From NCBI GenBank assembly GCA_051251855.1, contig JBPOGI010000003.1, positions 512,001 to 576,000 on the forward strand: 64,000 nucleotides of DNA. The letters run 5' to 3'. This DNA comes from Roseibacillus sp. Its GTDB lineage: Bacteria; Verrucomicrobiota; Verrucomicrobiia; Verrucomicrobiales; Akkermansiaceae. The notes beneath the pieces are model-generated. The model was not told the origin of the DNA. It saw only the letters and a program-made list of their open reading frames with translations, and ran no database searches. The position numbers and the translations under genes are program-made. Each line of letters starts with the position of its first letter. Within the stretch, counting starts at the first letter, position 1. Below, piece after piece: positions 46,948 to 56,857 of this stretch.

Positions 46948-47379
46948 ATGCTCAAAGAATTCAAAGAATTTGCTTTTAAAGGCAACTTAATCGATATGGC
47001 TGTAGGATTTATCCTCGGTGGTGCTTTCGGAACTGTGGTCAAGTCACTTGTTGACAACGTGGTCATGCCCCCTTTGGGTGCGATGCTTGCGGGTGTTGAC
47101 TTTTCAGCGATGAAAAAGGTGATTCAAACAGGAGTTCCCGCGGTGGAAGCTTCCGAGGACGGTAGCGTCACTGCTACAGCCGAAGTTGCTGAAGTGGCGA
47201 TCAATTACGGTCAGTTTATTCAAGACTTCATTTCCTTTGTCGCTCTTGCATTTGTCGTCTTCATTATTGTGAAGAAGGTGATGGGTGCGATGAATAAAGA
47301 GGAAGAAGCACCAGCGGAACCACCGAAGCAGGAAGTTCTGCTCGAAGAGATTCGCGACGCCCTTCAAAAGAAGGCGTAA
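46948..47379 (+). CDS. mscL: Large-conductance mechanosensitive channel
   Basis: MLKEFKEFAFKGNLIDMAVG, YGQFI, LLEEIRD. Confidence 0.98.
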   Translation: MLKEFKEFAFKGNLIDMAVGFILGGAFGTVVKSLVDNVVMPPLGAMLAGVDFSAMKKVIQTGVPAVEASEDGSVTATAEVAEVAINYGQFIQDFISFVALAFVVFIIVKKVMGAMNKEEEAPAEPPKQEVLLEEIRDALQKKA

Positions 47380-47401
47380 CAAACGCAGTTACAATTTTTG
47401 G

Positions 47402-47434
47402 AAAGACGGCTTCGGGAGACCGAGGCCGTTTTTT
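47402..47434 (+). terminator. Rho-independent terminator
   Basis: AAAGACGGCTTCGG-GAGA-CCGAGGCCGTTTTTT. Confidence 0.85.
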
Positions 47435-47479
47435 GTGCACGAATACGAGAAATTTGTAAGACACAGCAAGACGCGACAC

Positions 47480-48700
47480 CTAATTGCGGAAACTGAGAGT
47501 TATGCCATCTTTATGGTAACTGTTAGTCAGCAGTTTCTCAAGTGTTCGGTAATCACGGCCTGCAAGTAACTTCTTGCGGGCCGTGCTGCTGTTGGCTCCC
47601 GCGTTTAAGGCGCGGGCGTATTCGCGGAGGCGGGCACCGTCACCAGCGCCGTCGGAGTGGGCAAAGTAGTTAAATACGAGGAGAGAGTAGGGATAGCCAT
47701 TGGGGATGTTCTGAAACCCTCGGTAATCAGACTCCATGAACTTCTGCAATGAGGTGAGCTCGATAGTTTTGCCGAGATTGTGACCTCCTCCATTGCGGTA
47801 GCCGTAGCCGGTGACGTAGCGACGAATAGATTCGCGATGGTTTTCGAGAAGGAGGGAGTTCTTTTTCATGGGGATGGTGGCGACATATTCCGCGGCTCCT
47901 TCCACGAACCAGCCGTCTTTTAAGAGTGGGCCACGCATCATCATGTGGGTGGCTTCGTGCATGAGAGTTTGGTTGCTCCGATCGAGGTCGAGGGCATAGC
48001 TGTCGCGTTTCTTTTCGAGCCCAAGTCCTTCGAAGGGAACGAGAATGAGATCAGGATCAGTGAGGTAGATGCCTCCTGAGCCGGGGGCGCCGCCTTCGCG
48101 CAGATAGTGAGTGTAGTCTTCGATGAGACGTACCTTGAGGTTTCTATCGTTTCCGTTCTGCAGGCGGTGAAGGCCAATAGGGAGGCGGCTGCAGTAGAGG
48201 TGGGTGAGCTCAAAGAGAGCGGTGAACTCTCGCACAACATGATCGCGTAGCGGGGCATCTGAAACGAACTCGAAATGCTCGCTGCGGTAGGTCCAGTTTT
48301 TCTTCTGCTCGTTAGCGGCGACTTTTTTAATCGTCAGGTTGAGGGGCAGCGCCATCTGTCTTTGGGTGGGCCAAGTGCGATGAACGGTGGGAGCGACCCT
48401 TGGTGGGGTTGGGGGGACTGATGTTCCTAGAAAGGGCTTGGGGCGTAGAGCGGCCGTGGGAAGTGACGTCTGAGCTACTTTGGTAAGACGGCTTTGAAAG
48501 CGCTCGCCAGCTTCAAGTAGAGCGGAGTCGTCCTGCCACGTTTGTATCTGTCGTCCGAAGAGAACAAGAAACGTCAGCCAAAGGGTGAGTTGGGCGGCTT
48601 TCAAAGGGGTGATACTAAGGATGACCAAAATGCTGTCTAGTCCCTTGTGTTTTCGCTTTATTTTGTCCGGATGTGAGTCGGCCTTAAGTAGCGCCACCAC
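47480..48700 (-). CDS. Putative zinc metallopeptidase (gluzincin-like); start uncertain
   Basis: LMHEATHMM plus downstream WFVEGAAEY; N-terminal TM. Confidence 0.7.
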   Translation of the reverse strand: MVALLKADSHPDKIKRKHKGLDSILVILSITPLKAAQLTLWLTFLVLFGRQIQTWQDDSALLEAGERFQSRLTKVAQTSLPTAALRPKPFLGTSVPPTPPRVAPTVHRTWPTQRQMALPLNLTIKKVAANEQKKNWTYRSEHFEFVSDAPLRDHVVREFTALFELTHLYCSRLPIGLHRLQNGNDRNLKVRLIEDYTHYLREGGAPGSGGIYLTDPDLILVPFEGLGLEKKRDSYALDLDRSNQTLMHEATHMMMRGPLLKDGWFVEGAAEYVATIPMKKNSLLLENHRESIRRYVTGYGYRNGGGHNLGKTIELTSLQKFMESDYRGFQNIPNGYPYSLLVFNYFAHSDGAGDGARLREYARALNAGANSSTARKKLLAGRDYRTLEKLLTNSYHKDGITLSFRN

Positions 48701-49157
48701 CTTGGCTGGAGGCCCTTTGGGAGGATCGCTTCCAGGTGAGAATCGTTAGCCAAAACGCGAAGGAAACTCCTGTGAAGTCATGACCTGAACCTTTGATGGT
48801 TGCCTTTCTGGTAAAGGGATGATTGGGCGAAAGGGTCAGATGGGTCTCTGGACCGGAGAGGATCATGGAGCGCCCGAGGCCTGGCGCTTTGAGAATGGTT
48901 GTTCCTTCAGGACCCGTAATCTCGAAATGGCGGGTGAAGGGGTTTGCTTTTACAGCTTGATAGAGGACAGCTCCTTCGCTCTTTATATGCCATTCTCCGC
49001 TCCAGATCCCTTGCTTTTCGACCTCGAAACGAGCTCCCTCTATGGCGATGAACCCATGCTCGCTCATGTGGTTGATGCCGAGTTGGCATTTTCGTTTCCC
49101 AAAAAGTAATTCGTATTTGTAGGAGAAGTAGCTTGTTGGGCGGCAGTCGATGTTCAC
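48684..49157 (-). CDS. Hypothetical protein (beta-rich with C-terminal helix, possibly LURP-one/scramblase-like)
   Basis: 157-aa ORF filling the gap; repeated short beta motifs (NPFTR, HPFTR). Confidence 0.55.
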   Translation of the reverse strand: MNIDCRPTSYFSYKYELLFGKRKCQLGINHMSEHGFIAIEGARFEVEKQGIWSGEWHIKSEGAVLYQAVKANPFTRHFEITGPEGTTILKAPGLGRSMILSGPETHLTLSPNHPFTRKATIKGSGHDFTGVSFAFWLTILTWKRSSQRASSQGGGAT

Positions 49158-49233
49158 GGATATGACCGTGGAGAACTTCGGATGTTCTTGCTATGGTAGC
49201 TTTTGGGGAAAATTACAATAGGCCATCCTATTC

Positions 49234-50586
49234 CTAGCGGGGCTGGTAGGACGCTTCGAGGTCGATGCGGAAGGACCAGCGCATGGGGAGTTCATACTCG
49301 CGGTGGTCTTTGAGGCGCCACTGGACTGAGACTTCACAAGAAGGAATGCGGAGGGGACGATTCACCTGCCAAGAGAAGGTTTTTTGTTCTTCGTTCCAGA
49401 CTGCAGGGACTTTTCCAAATCCGGCCACGCGCATGACGATAGACTCGGGGTCGACTTCGCTTTCTTGAGAAAGGTCTGCGGCAATGAGGGGGAGGCGGCT
49501 GGTGATGATGGCGCCGGGCTCAGGGACGACGGGGTGTTTGGTGGTTTGGATATTAATTCCGTCCGCATTTAGGCTGGCGGAGGTTTCGCGAAAGGTGGTG
49601 GCGAGCTGAAAGACGCCATCGCGATTACCGAGGATGATGTAGCGAGGGAGGACAAGGTTGTCGGAATCAAGACGAGTCATGCCTGGGTTGACCGTGAAGA
49701 GGTATTTGTAACCATGGTCGATGGCGACGGGAAACATGGCGTCGGTGACGTAGCCGCCGGGATAGGCATAGGTGGGAACAGGTTTGCCAAATTTCTTTTC
49801 GAGGAAGACTTTGGACTCACCGAACTCGGTGTTGAGGAAGGCTAAGTGAGCTTCTTTTCCCTTTTTAGCAGCGGCTTTGAACTTGGAAGGAAAGGGGTGA
49901 TCGACGGAGTGGGAGCCAATGGTACAAAGGCCCGAGGCGAGCATTTCCTCGATCATGGGGGTGGTGAGGGCGCGACCGCCGCCATCGACGTAGCGCTTGT
50001 AGAGAAAGATGGTGAAGGGGAAGTTGAGCTCTTTGAAGACGGGGAAGGCGTCGGTGTAGACTGACTTCCAGCCATCATCGATGGTGATGAGGAAGGATTG
50101 GGGTGGGAGGGTACCTTCGCCGCTCTTCCACTTGATGAAGTCTTCCATCGAGATAATGGGCTTTCCCAAGTCGCGGAGAGCTTCCATTTGCTTGCGAAAC
50201 TTCTTGGTTTGAATACGCATCGCGGTGTTGGGCAAGCTGGAGGAAAACTCGTGGTAACCGAGAACGGAGACCCGAATGCCGTCGTCCTTTGGAGGAGTTT
50301 TGAGGCTCTCGGGGACGACCTTAGGGGCTCCTTCTTCGATCATGCTCTCCTTGGAGGATACGATTTCGTCAAAAGCTGGTTCGCGATTGGGGTTGGGATC
50401 GGATGGAATGTAGATTCGGCCCTTGTCGTCACGTTCCACGATGGGACGAGAGGGAGGAAGCTCCACAGGCATATTTGGCTCATCGCTATCCGCTGGTGTT
50501 GGCAAAGGGGGGACTTCAATGGGGGGAATTTCGTCTTGGCCACAAAGGAAAGTGGCGAAGAGGAGCAGGAGGGCAAGGGGACGCAT
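49234..50586 (-). CDS. Polysaccharide deacetylase family protein (CE4)
   Basis: Signal peptide; VLGYH, ITIDDGWKS, IGSHSVDH, YAYPGG, LPRY. Confidence 0.92.
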   Translation of the reverse strand: MRPLALLLLFATFLCGQDEIPPIEVPPLPTPADSDEPNMPVELPPSRPIVERDDKGRIYIPSDPNPNREPAFDEIVSSKESMIEEGAPKVVPESLKTPPKDDGIRVSVLGYHEFSSSLPNTAMRIQTKKFRKQMEALRDLGKPIISMEDFIKWKSGEGTLPPQSFLITIDDGWKSVYTDAFPVFKELNFPFTIFLYKRYVDGGGRALTTPMIEEMLASGLCTIGSHSVDHPFPSKFKAAAKKGKEAHLAFLNTEFGESKVFLEKKFGKPVPTYAYPGGYVTDAMFPVAIDHGYKYLFTVNPGMTRLDSDNLVLPRYIILGNRDGVFQLATTFRETSASLNADGINIQTTKHPVVPEPGAIITSRLPLIAADLSQESEVDPESIVMRVAGFGKVPAVWNEEQKTFSWQVNRPLRIPSCEVSVQWRLKDHREYELPMRWSFRIDLEASYQPR

Positions 50587-50804
50587 GGCGAAGAGCCTCT
50601 TGAATTTAGAGGCGAGAATCAAGGCGGAGTCGGGTTATAGCCAAACTTTTTTGACCCATACGGATTGGCCTGTCGGTGAAGTAGAATTCGATAGTAGCGA
50701 CCATACGGGCGTCTTTCTCGAAGCAGCGGGTCTCGCCATTGGCGCTGCCCCACGTTGGCGATGATTTGACTCGCGTTGAAGAAGCCACTCACCGTGGCTT
50801 TGAA

Positions 50805-51755
50805 TTAGTTGCCCGGAAAGGGGTTGGCGGTCAGTCGGAGCTCGATTTCTTGAGAATCGTAATTTGTGGAAGGGGAGAAGGTGCGCTCGATGGCTGGGCG
50901 CAGGGTGGAAAGGGCAAGGGCAGTGCCGACGGTGAGGAGGAGGGTGGCGATAATGGGGAAAAGAGTGACTGGGCGGCGGGGGGAGAGGAGGTTTTCGACG
51001 CGGTCGCGCAGGGTGGACTTGGTGGCCATAGCCATGGCGAGTGCAGGGGTGCGGCATTCCTTAGGCATGGCGAGGTCGCAAAGGGTGTGGGCGTAGCTTT
51101 TGGCGTCGATACCAGTGGCGAGAACGCGGGCGTCGCAGGCGAATTCGCATTGGGTGAGGAGGCGAGCGCGTAGGATCCAAGCGAGGGGGTTGAACCAGTG
51201 CACGAGGCAGGCGAGACGAGCGGCGAGGGCAGCCCAGAGGTCGCGTCGGACATGATGGCCGAGTTCGTGGAGGATGACCGCTTCGGCAGTGGGGCGTGGC
51301 CAGTCGAGGGCGGCTTCGGGAAGGTAGACGGTAGGTTTGAGGAGACCGCCAGCGACGGGCGAGGCGAGCTTGGAATGAATCCGAATTTGGGCCTTGCGAC
51401 CCATGGCGAGTTGTTGATGCGAGGAATCTAAGACGTCTTCTAACAGAGGCGAATCAGTAAGGGGTTGGGAGGATTTTTTCCAACGTGAAAAGGCGAAGAG
51501 ATCGAATAAGAACTTGATGCCGAAGACGGTCAGGCCAATGAGATAAATTTTCACGTAGACACTCGCGGAAGCTTCAAGGGCGATGGGGGCAGCGGTGGGT
51601 AGCTGAAGATGAATCTTGGGGAGAAAGGCGAAGAGTGGGAGAGAGAGAAGGGTGGCTAAAGTGATCGCGGTGAGTAGCGGAGTGCGACGTCCCGCGACTT
51701 GGACCGCGACCAACCCTAGGGCGGCGATGAGAAGGCTAATGAGAGGAGAGGGCAT
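50805..51755 (-). CDS. M56 family (BlaR1/MecR1-like) metallopeptidase, no sensor domain
   Basis: P...GLLKP...P, VILHELGHHVRRD, HWFNPLAW, EFACD, YAHTL, LRDRV. Confidence 0.93.
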   Translation of the reverse strand: MPSPLISLLIAALGLVAVQVAGRRTPLLTAITLATLLSLPLFAFLPKIHLQLPTAAPIALEASASVYVKIYLIGLTVFGIKFLFDLFAFSRWKKSSQPLTDSPLLEDVLDSSHQQLAMGRKAQIRIHSKLASPVAGGLLKPTVYLPEAALDWPRPTAEAVILHELGHHVRRDLWAALAARLACLVHWFNPLAWILRARLLTQCEFACDARVLATGIDAKSYAHTLCDLAMPKECRTPALAMAMATKSTLRDRVENLLSPRRPVTLFPIIATLLLTVGTALALSTLRPAIERTFSPSTNYDSQEIELRLTANPFPGN

Positions 51756-51769
51756 TGATTCGCAAAGAG

Positions 51770-52414
51770 TTAGTTTTCGTCGTTTAAAGCGTAGTAAGAC
51801 ATTCCTTGGACAGACCAACCTTTGGACTCGAGAAGGTTCCCGACTTCTAGCACGCGGGCGGCGTAGATGGGGCTTGTGGGTGACATGAGAGGGGGAGTTT
51901 CAATGGCGGCGGTCCCGATGGCGACCCATTCCGTATCTTGTTTAGTGCGGGTGGGGGCTTGCTCAGAACTTTCAAGGGCGGCGAGGAGGTTAGTAAATCG
52001 GGTGAGAACGCCGTCGAGATAGAATTGACCACGTTGGTCGACGCGCAGGGTGAGGTTCTTCCCGTTTTCTAGGAGGAGTTCGATAGATTCGACGTCTTGT
52101 TCTTCGATGAAGAGGGCGAGTTTCTTCTTGTCTAACAAGATTGCGGAGTAGCTGTAACCGCATGTGCAATCGTTGTGGTTGATGGGAAGAATTCCTTCGA
52201 GTCTCTTCGGGGTGTTGGGGGAGGTCTTGCGAATCTCTTTCCACTGTGTTGTTGTGAGGGTGACGGAGTCGAGGGTTTCTATTTCTTCGATCTGAGACTC
52301 GTTCAGTGAGATAGTCAGGTGAGGGAAGGCGAGATTGCCATCTTCGTCTTTTGGGATGCCTTCTGCAAAAAGTGCGATGGGGAAGAGAGCAAGAGCGAAG
52401 AGGATGGCTTTCAT
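51770..52414 (-). CDS. Secreted hypothetical protein within the blaI-M56 operon
   Basis: Signal peptide MKAILFALALFPIALFA; CTC motif; ExbD-like segment LTLRVDQRGQFYLDG. Confidence 0.7.
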   Translation of the reverse strand: MKAILFALALFPIALFAEGIPKDEDGNLAFPHLTISLNESQIEEIETLDSVTLTTTQWKEIRKTSPNTPKRLEGILPINHNDCTCGYSYSAILLDKKKLALFIEEQDVESIELLLENGKNLTLRVDQRGQFYLDGVLTRFTNLLAALESSEQAPTRTKQDTEWVAIGTAAIETPPLMSPTSPIYAARVLEVGNLLESKGWSVQGMSYYALNDEN

Positions 52415-52430
52415 GGCAAGGAGTGACTTT

Positions 52431-52805
52431 CTATTTGTCGTCAATGAGACCGCGGATGGTCTCGATTTCTTCAGCGGAAAGTTTCTGATCCTTAGGGTCG
52501 AGGAGGGCGGCCACAAGGTTCTCGGGTTTTCCTTGGAAAAAGGTGCCGAGGAGGTTTTTGAGGGCGGAACGTTTGGCGGAGTCCTCGGCGATAGCGGGCT
52601 GGTAGAGGTAGCGACGACCGGATTTGGTATGCTTGACCATTTCCTTGTTTTCCAAAGTGACAAGCAAAGCGCGTACTGCCGAGTAGCTGGGAGGATCGGG
52701 CAAGTTGTCTTGCACGTCCTGCGCGGTCGCTTCGCCGAGGCGATAAATGATGTCGAGAATTTGACGCTCCCGGCGTGAGAGATGGCCTTTTTCCAATCGG
52801 TTCAT
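52431..52805 (-). CDS. BlaI/MecI/CopY family transcriptional repressor
   Basis: LSRRERQILDIIY, PSYSAVRALL..LE.K, Y.Y.P, TFFQG. Confidence 0.95.
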   Translation of the reverse strand: MNRLEKGHLSRRERQILDIIYRLGEATAQDVQDNLPDPPSYSAVRALLVTLENKEMVKHTKSGRRYLYQPAIAEDSAKRSALKNLLGTFFQGKPENLVAALLDPKDQKLSAEEIETIRGLIDDK

Positions 52806-52822
52806 GTCGTTAATTTAGCGGG

Positions 52823-52863
52823 TGCTGGATTTTTGGCAATTTAAATGTTGTTTTTTTGGCAAT
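52823..52863. promoter_or_regulatory. Candidate tandem BlaI-type operators
   Basis: TGCTGGATTTTTGGCAAT (52823) and TGTTGTTTTTTTGGCAAT (52846), 15/18 identical, just upstream of the repressor ATG. Confidence 0.5.
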
Positions 52864-52924
52864 CAGATGTTCGAAGGCTCGAATCAATCGAGAAAAGTCC
52901 TGCTTGGAGTGGTTCCGCCGTGGG

Positions 52925-53220
52925 GCTTATCCCATTTGAGCGGTTAACTTGGTGTAGTGGATTGTTTTTTGGTCCGAAAGAATGCGCGTCACGACGGACG
53001 AGGAGGTTGGGCTAGCCTTCCCCAAAACACCGTTGTTTGCTGCTCCCCTCCAGTCGCCCCTTCGGGTTGCCTTTGCAGGCAAGCTATTTCGCTCTGCTCG
53101 GTTCTCGGTCCGAGCGCACCCACGGGGGATACCACTCGCACTGCTCCCTCGGCGCGACTTGGCCTTGGAGAATCTGACCTCGACCATTACACCAAGTTAA
53201 CTGCTCAGATGGTATTAAGC
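52925..53220. mobile_element. MITE-like non-autonomous element
   Basis: Terminal inverted repeats: 52932-52960 versus reverse complement of 53184-53212 match 26/29, extendable to GCTTA/TAAGC; no credible internal ORF. Confidence 0.8.
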
Positions 53221-53222
53221 TA

Positions 53223-56200
53223 TTAGTCTGGAGTATTTGAGAAAGGAGTTCGCAGCACTGCCCGATAGCGTAAGAAGAAGGGGGATGCGAGATCGGCGCC
53301 AAGAGTGGCGATGCCATTGTCCATGGTGACAAGAGTAGGAACGAGTATTGTAGCGCCAAGGTCTTCTTCCCAAGCGACAACCGGGTTCCAATTCACAAGT
53401 GGGGTTCCGATCTGTGAATTGCTGACCTCCAGATAGAGATCGACGTCGCTCGGCACATTGGCGGGCAATAGGATTTGGCCCGTGCCACTGGGATTTCCTC
53501 CAATGGCTTCGATGCTTGCAGAGCCAAAGACATAGGTGATCCCGTTGGAGATGCCCGTGGGGAGGGAGACAGCATCGAAGGAGCGGTCTAAACCAGAAGC
53601 GATACTAGCTTCGGCCCAGTTGGCATAGAGGCTGTTTGCTCCGAGGAGCACCTGGTCAATCCAGGTCGAGTCCTGTCCTCCGTCAACTGTGCCGTCCTTG
53701 TCATATGTCCAGCTAAGGTTGTGAGGACCTGGGCCCAGAAGATAAGTTTCAAAATAGGTCCAGTCATTTTCACCGGATTGTCTCATGATTTCGACTCCAT
53801 TTATTGTGAAAATGAGGTGGTCAAAGTTCGCTTCGGTAGAGGTCTTCCACCAGAAGGAGAGAAAGTCTTCTCCCGAAATGGTTGTTGTCATTGTCGAACT
53901 TTGGGAATGGTTGATGTTCCCGCTCTGGGCCGAGTCAACCCCGTCAAAGGTATTGCCGTTTGCTTGATCCTGAACGATGGCCCAGTTGGCCTCCCCAGAG
54001 TTTACAAGGGCCAAGCCGGAGTTATCTACTGCGAGGAGAAGCTGATTAAAATCAACTTGGTCTACCCACCCCATAATTTCTTCATCTTCAAAGGCCTCTT
54101 TCGTTAGTATCCATTCGAGAGCATGAGTTCCTGGAGGGATGGGAATAATGACTTGTTGCCAGTCGACGTCTCCCGAGATTTCTGGTGCAGCGACATGCTC
54201 GACATCGTTGAGATAGAAGCGCAAGGAGTCCTCGTTTTCATTAGAGAGGGTCTTCCACCAGAAAGAGAGGGTGCCTTCTCCAGTCACGGTGGTCTCCAAT
54301 GATGATGAGAAAGAGTAACCTACGCCAAGGGTGGCCTGAGCGGCATCAAAACCGTCGGAGTTCGTTGAGGTTTGCCCGACCCAGAATTCGCTACCCGAGG
54401 TTGACCAAATGAAGTTCGTTGTGTCGAGGGCTGTGGGAAGATCGACTGTGTCACTGAATTGAATATCATCGACCCAAGCTGCATCTTGACCATTGCTTAC
54501 TGAAAAGTCCTTTTCATAGCTCCAGCGTAGGGTATGGGTGCCGACTGGAATGGAGATGGTAACAAGCTGCCAATCGATTTCGCCTGAAATTGCAGGGGCA
54601 CCGACTTGTTCTTGCCCATCAAGATAGAACTTCAGAAAGTCATAGTTTGCTTCGGAGGAAGTTTTCGCTCGGTAGCTCAATGCTATTGGCCCCTCGACGG
54701 TAGTAGTCATTGAGGCGGACTGGTTGTTTACCAAATAGGGACTTCGGGCGGCATCTGAGCTATCGAAAGTCACTGATGCCTGACCGAACCAATTGCTGTC
54801 TCCTAAAGTAGAAAAGCTGAGCTCGGTTGCATCCACAGACTCGGGAAGCGGGATCGGGGTGACCACTTCAAAAGTGATGGCCAAATCAGCTTCACCGCCC
54901 GGGTTTGTCGCGGTGAGGGTGAAGGGATAAGAACTAGAGCCTGTTGGGGTGCCGCTAATAATGCCTGTTGTCTCATCTAGGCTCATCCCTGTAGGAAGAG
55001 TGCCTGCGGAAATGGTAAGTTCTGACGATCCGGTGACGTTGGGAACGTAAGTCAGGGGCTGGTTTTCTGGTGCGACTACTGAGGTTAGGCCAGAGAGAGT
55101 GGGAGGAGTGACCACGACTTGCACCTTGTCGACCAAGAGGCGTTCTCCATTCGAGTTGCTTTGCATGGCGATTCGGAGTTGAAAGCTTTCGGTTGACGGA
55201 AGAGGGAAGGCGAATTCTCGGAAGGTGTTGTCGAGGATGGTGCTGTTGAGTTCGCCAAAGCCATCGAGATTGAAGTCTTGGGAGATGGTCACGCTGGAAA
55301 CCGTTGGGCTCGTTCCGTCGGAAGTGGCGTGAAAGGCTCCAACGGTGGTCCAGGTGCTGCCATCAACACTCGTTTGAGCTTCGATGAAGTCGCCTGAGTC
55401 GTAGTTGGCGCCATCAGGTGCGGCAGCGAGAAATCTGACTTCGATCGGATAAGTTGTTGGGGTGTTTAGGTTGAAGTAAATGGCCTCTGGCTCTGAAGCT
55501 GCTTCGATGACCGCGTCTTCGATGGCGAAAGCCCAAGAGCCATCGGTTGCAGCGAGGCCGGGTTCGGTGCGTCCAAAGATATTGTCGTCCGCTGGTTCTC
55601 CGAAGGCTCCGTCCGCAAAGTAGCGTACTCCTTGACCATCTGTTTCAAAGGACTCCATGTAGGGGAGGGTCGTGATGGTCTCTATGACGTTGTTGATCTC
55701 AATTTCTCGAATGGCACTCGCGATGTTGTTTTGGTCATCCGTGATAGTGAAGGTGATTTGTCGGGTGGTGGTGTCAGGATTTGTGGTGTTGGTATTTGTG
55801 TATTTGAAGGTCTGAAGCACCGCCATAAACTCGGCTAGGGTGGCCGGTCCAGAAATCGTGAGAGAATTACCGCTAAAGCTAAGATCGTCGCTGCCAATTG
55901 CTGAATTACCAAAGGTGGAGATGCCTTTAGTATCTTCAGATGAATTATACCCCGAGCTAATGGTAATGGTTGCAGAGTTGAGCGTTGTGGAGTCGAGATC
56001 TGTGATCGAGAGAGTAGGAGCAACGACTTGAGAGCCGCTGCCTTCCTCATAGGTGAGGGGAGTCGGATCCACCCCCGTGATGACGGGGGCCGCCGTGGTG
56101 GAGGCGTCTCCCAAAAAGTAAATGGAATCGATGGCAAAGAACTCGCCTGAGCCGTTGGTCTGCATCTTGATGCGAACTTGGGCATTGGGTCCCGGGACCA

Positions 56201-56831
56201 CGGGGAACCTGACTTCCGAGAAGTTGCTACTACCGATTCCAGGGAAGACGGAAACGTTTGCAAAGGTGTCCGAACGCGTGAGGACTTGGTTCGATGTGAC
56301 CGCAGCGGTAGAACTCGGGGCGAAGCGGACGACCTCTGAGAAGTTGGTGCCATCCGAAGAGTATTCAACAATCAGTTGATCAGTCAGGAAGTCGTCTGGC
56401 GAGTAATCGTATTCGGTATTATCCACGAAGGCGGTGTTGTCACCGTTGGAATCGCCAGGTGCGGCTATGAGGATACGAACGGTTGTATTGGTAAGACCCG
56501 TTAAGTTGACCGAAGCCGTTGTGAGCTCCCCTAAACTTTGAGGAAGGTTGAGGATAGGGTTAGCAGAGGAGTCAATATCTTCCGCCGCGAAGACCTGGGT
56601 CCCATCACCCCCTCCAATGGAGGCAAAGCGGGTTTGGTCATTGGGGAGAACCTGGAAGAAATCAGTTTCCAAGTTATCGAAGAGATGTGGGTTCGTGGTG
56701 TAGCCGAGATCCTCAGTGGGGCTGTCTCCAAAAGTTTCGCAGGCAACGACCTCGGGGTCGACCACTCCGGCGAGCGAGTGGGATAGAAGAAGGCCGCTGG
56801 CGACAGCGCTGATTAGAAAGGGATTCCTCAT
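53223..56831 (-). CDS. Large secreted surface protein (Ig/cadherin-like, putative-Ig and three tandem beta-sandwich repeats)
   Basis: Signal peptide; GTLPTGMSLDETTGIISGTPT (He_PIG-like); three repeats of W...G...W...D...A...LS(F/Y).(W/A)KT...D.L.F...SG..DW...G.H.L.W..K...W(V/I)D; tail YANWA...YVFG...FFLR. Confidence 0.85.
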   Translation of the reverse strand: MRNPFLISAVASGLLLSHSLAGVVDPEVVACETFGDSPTEDLGYTTNPHLFDNLETDFFQVLPNDQTRFASIGGGDGTQVFAAEDIDSSANPILNLPQSLGELTTASVNLTGLTNTTVRILIAAPGDSNGDNTAFVDNTEYDYSPDDFLTDQLIVEYSSDGTNFSEVVRFAPSSTAAVTSNQVLTRSDTFANVSVFPGIGSSNFSEVRFPVVPGPNAQVRIKMQTNGSGEFFAIDSIYFLGDASTTAAPVITGVDPTPLTYEEGSGSQVVAPTLSITDLDSTTLNSATITISSGYNSSEDTKGISTFGNSAIGSDDLSFSGNSLTISGPATLAEFMAVLQTFKYTNTNTTNPDTTTRQITFTITDDQNNIASAIREIEINNVIETITTLPYMESFETDGQGVRYFADGAFGEPADDNIFGRTEPGLAATDGSWAFAIEDAVIEAASEPEAIYFNLNTPTTYPIEVRFLAAAPDGANYDSGDFIEAQTSVDGSTWTTVGAFHATSDGTSPTVSSVTISQDFNLDGFGELNSTILDNTFREFAFPLPSTESFQLRIAMQSNSNGERLLVDKVQVVVTPPTLSGLTSVVAPENQPLTYVPNVTGSSELTISAGTLPTGMSLDETTGIISGTPTGSSSYPFTLTATNPGGEADLAITFEVVTPIPLPESVDATELSFSTLGDSNWFGQASVTFDSSDAARSPYLVNNQSASMTTTVEGPIALSYRAKTSSEANYDFLKFYLDGQEQVGAPAISGEIDWQLVTISIPVGTHTLRWSYEKDFSVSNGQDAAWVDDIQFSDTVDLPTALDTTNFIWSTSGSEFWVGQTSTNSDGFDAAQATLGVGYSFSSSLETTVTGEGTLSFWWKTLSNENEDSLRFYLNDVEHVAAPEISGDVDWQQVIIPIPPGTHALEWILTKEAFEDEEIMGWVDQVDFNQLLLAVDNSGLALVNSGEANWAIVQDQANGNTFDGVDSAQSGNINHSQSSTMTTTISGEDFLSFWWKTSTEANFDHLIFTINGVEIMRQSGENDWTYFETYLLGPGPHNLSWTYDKDGTVDGGQDSTWIDQVLLGANSLYANWAEASIASGLDRSFDAVSLPTGISNGITYVFGSASIEAIGGNPSGTGQILLPANVPSDVDLYLEVSNSQIGTPLVNWNPVVAWEEDLGATILVPTLVTMDNGIATLGADLASPFFLRYRAVLRTPFSNTPD

Positions 56832-56857
56832 TTCGATAAATTATGAAGTTAGGAGGC

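Noticed and set aside
50606..50804. Small gene or stop read-through after the M56 gene
   Set aside because: Short open frames without recognisable motifs or start context; ANPFPGN looks like a natural end.
52927..53380. Short ORFs on both strands sharing HYTKLTAQM
   Set aside because: Artefact of the MITE terminal inverted repeats.
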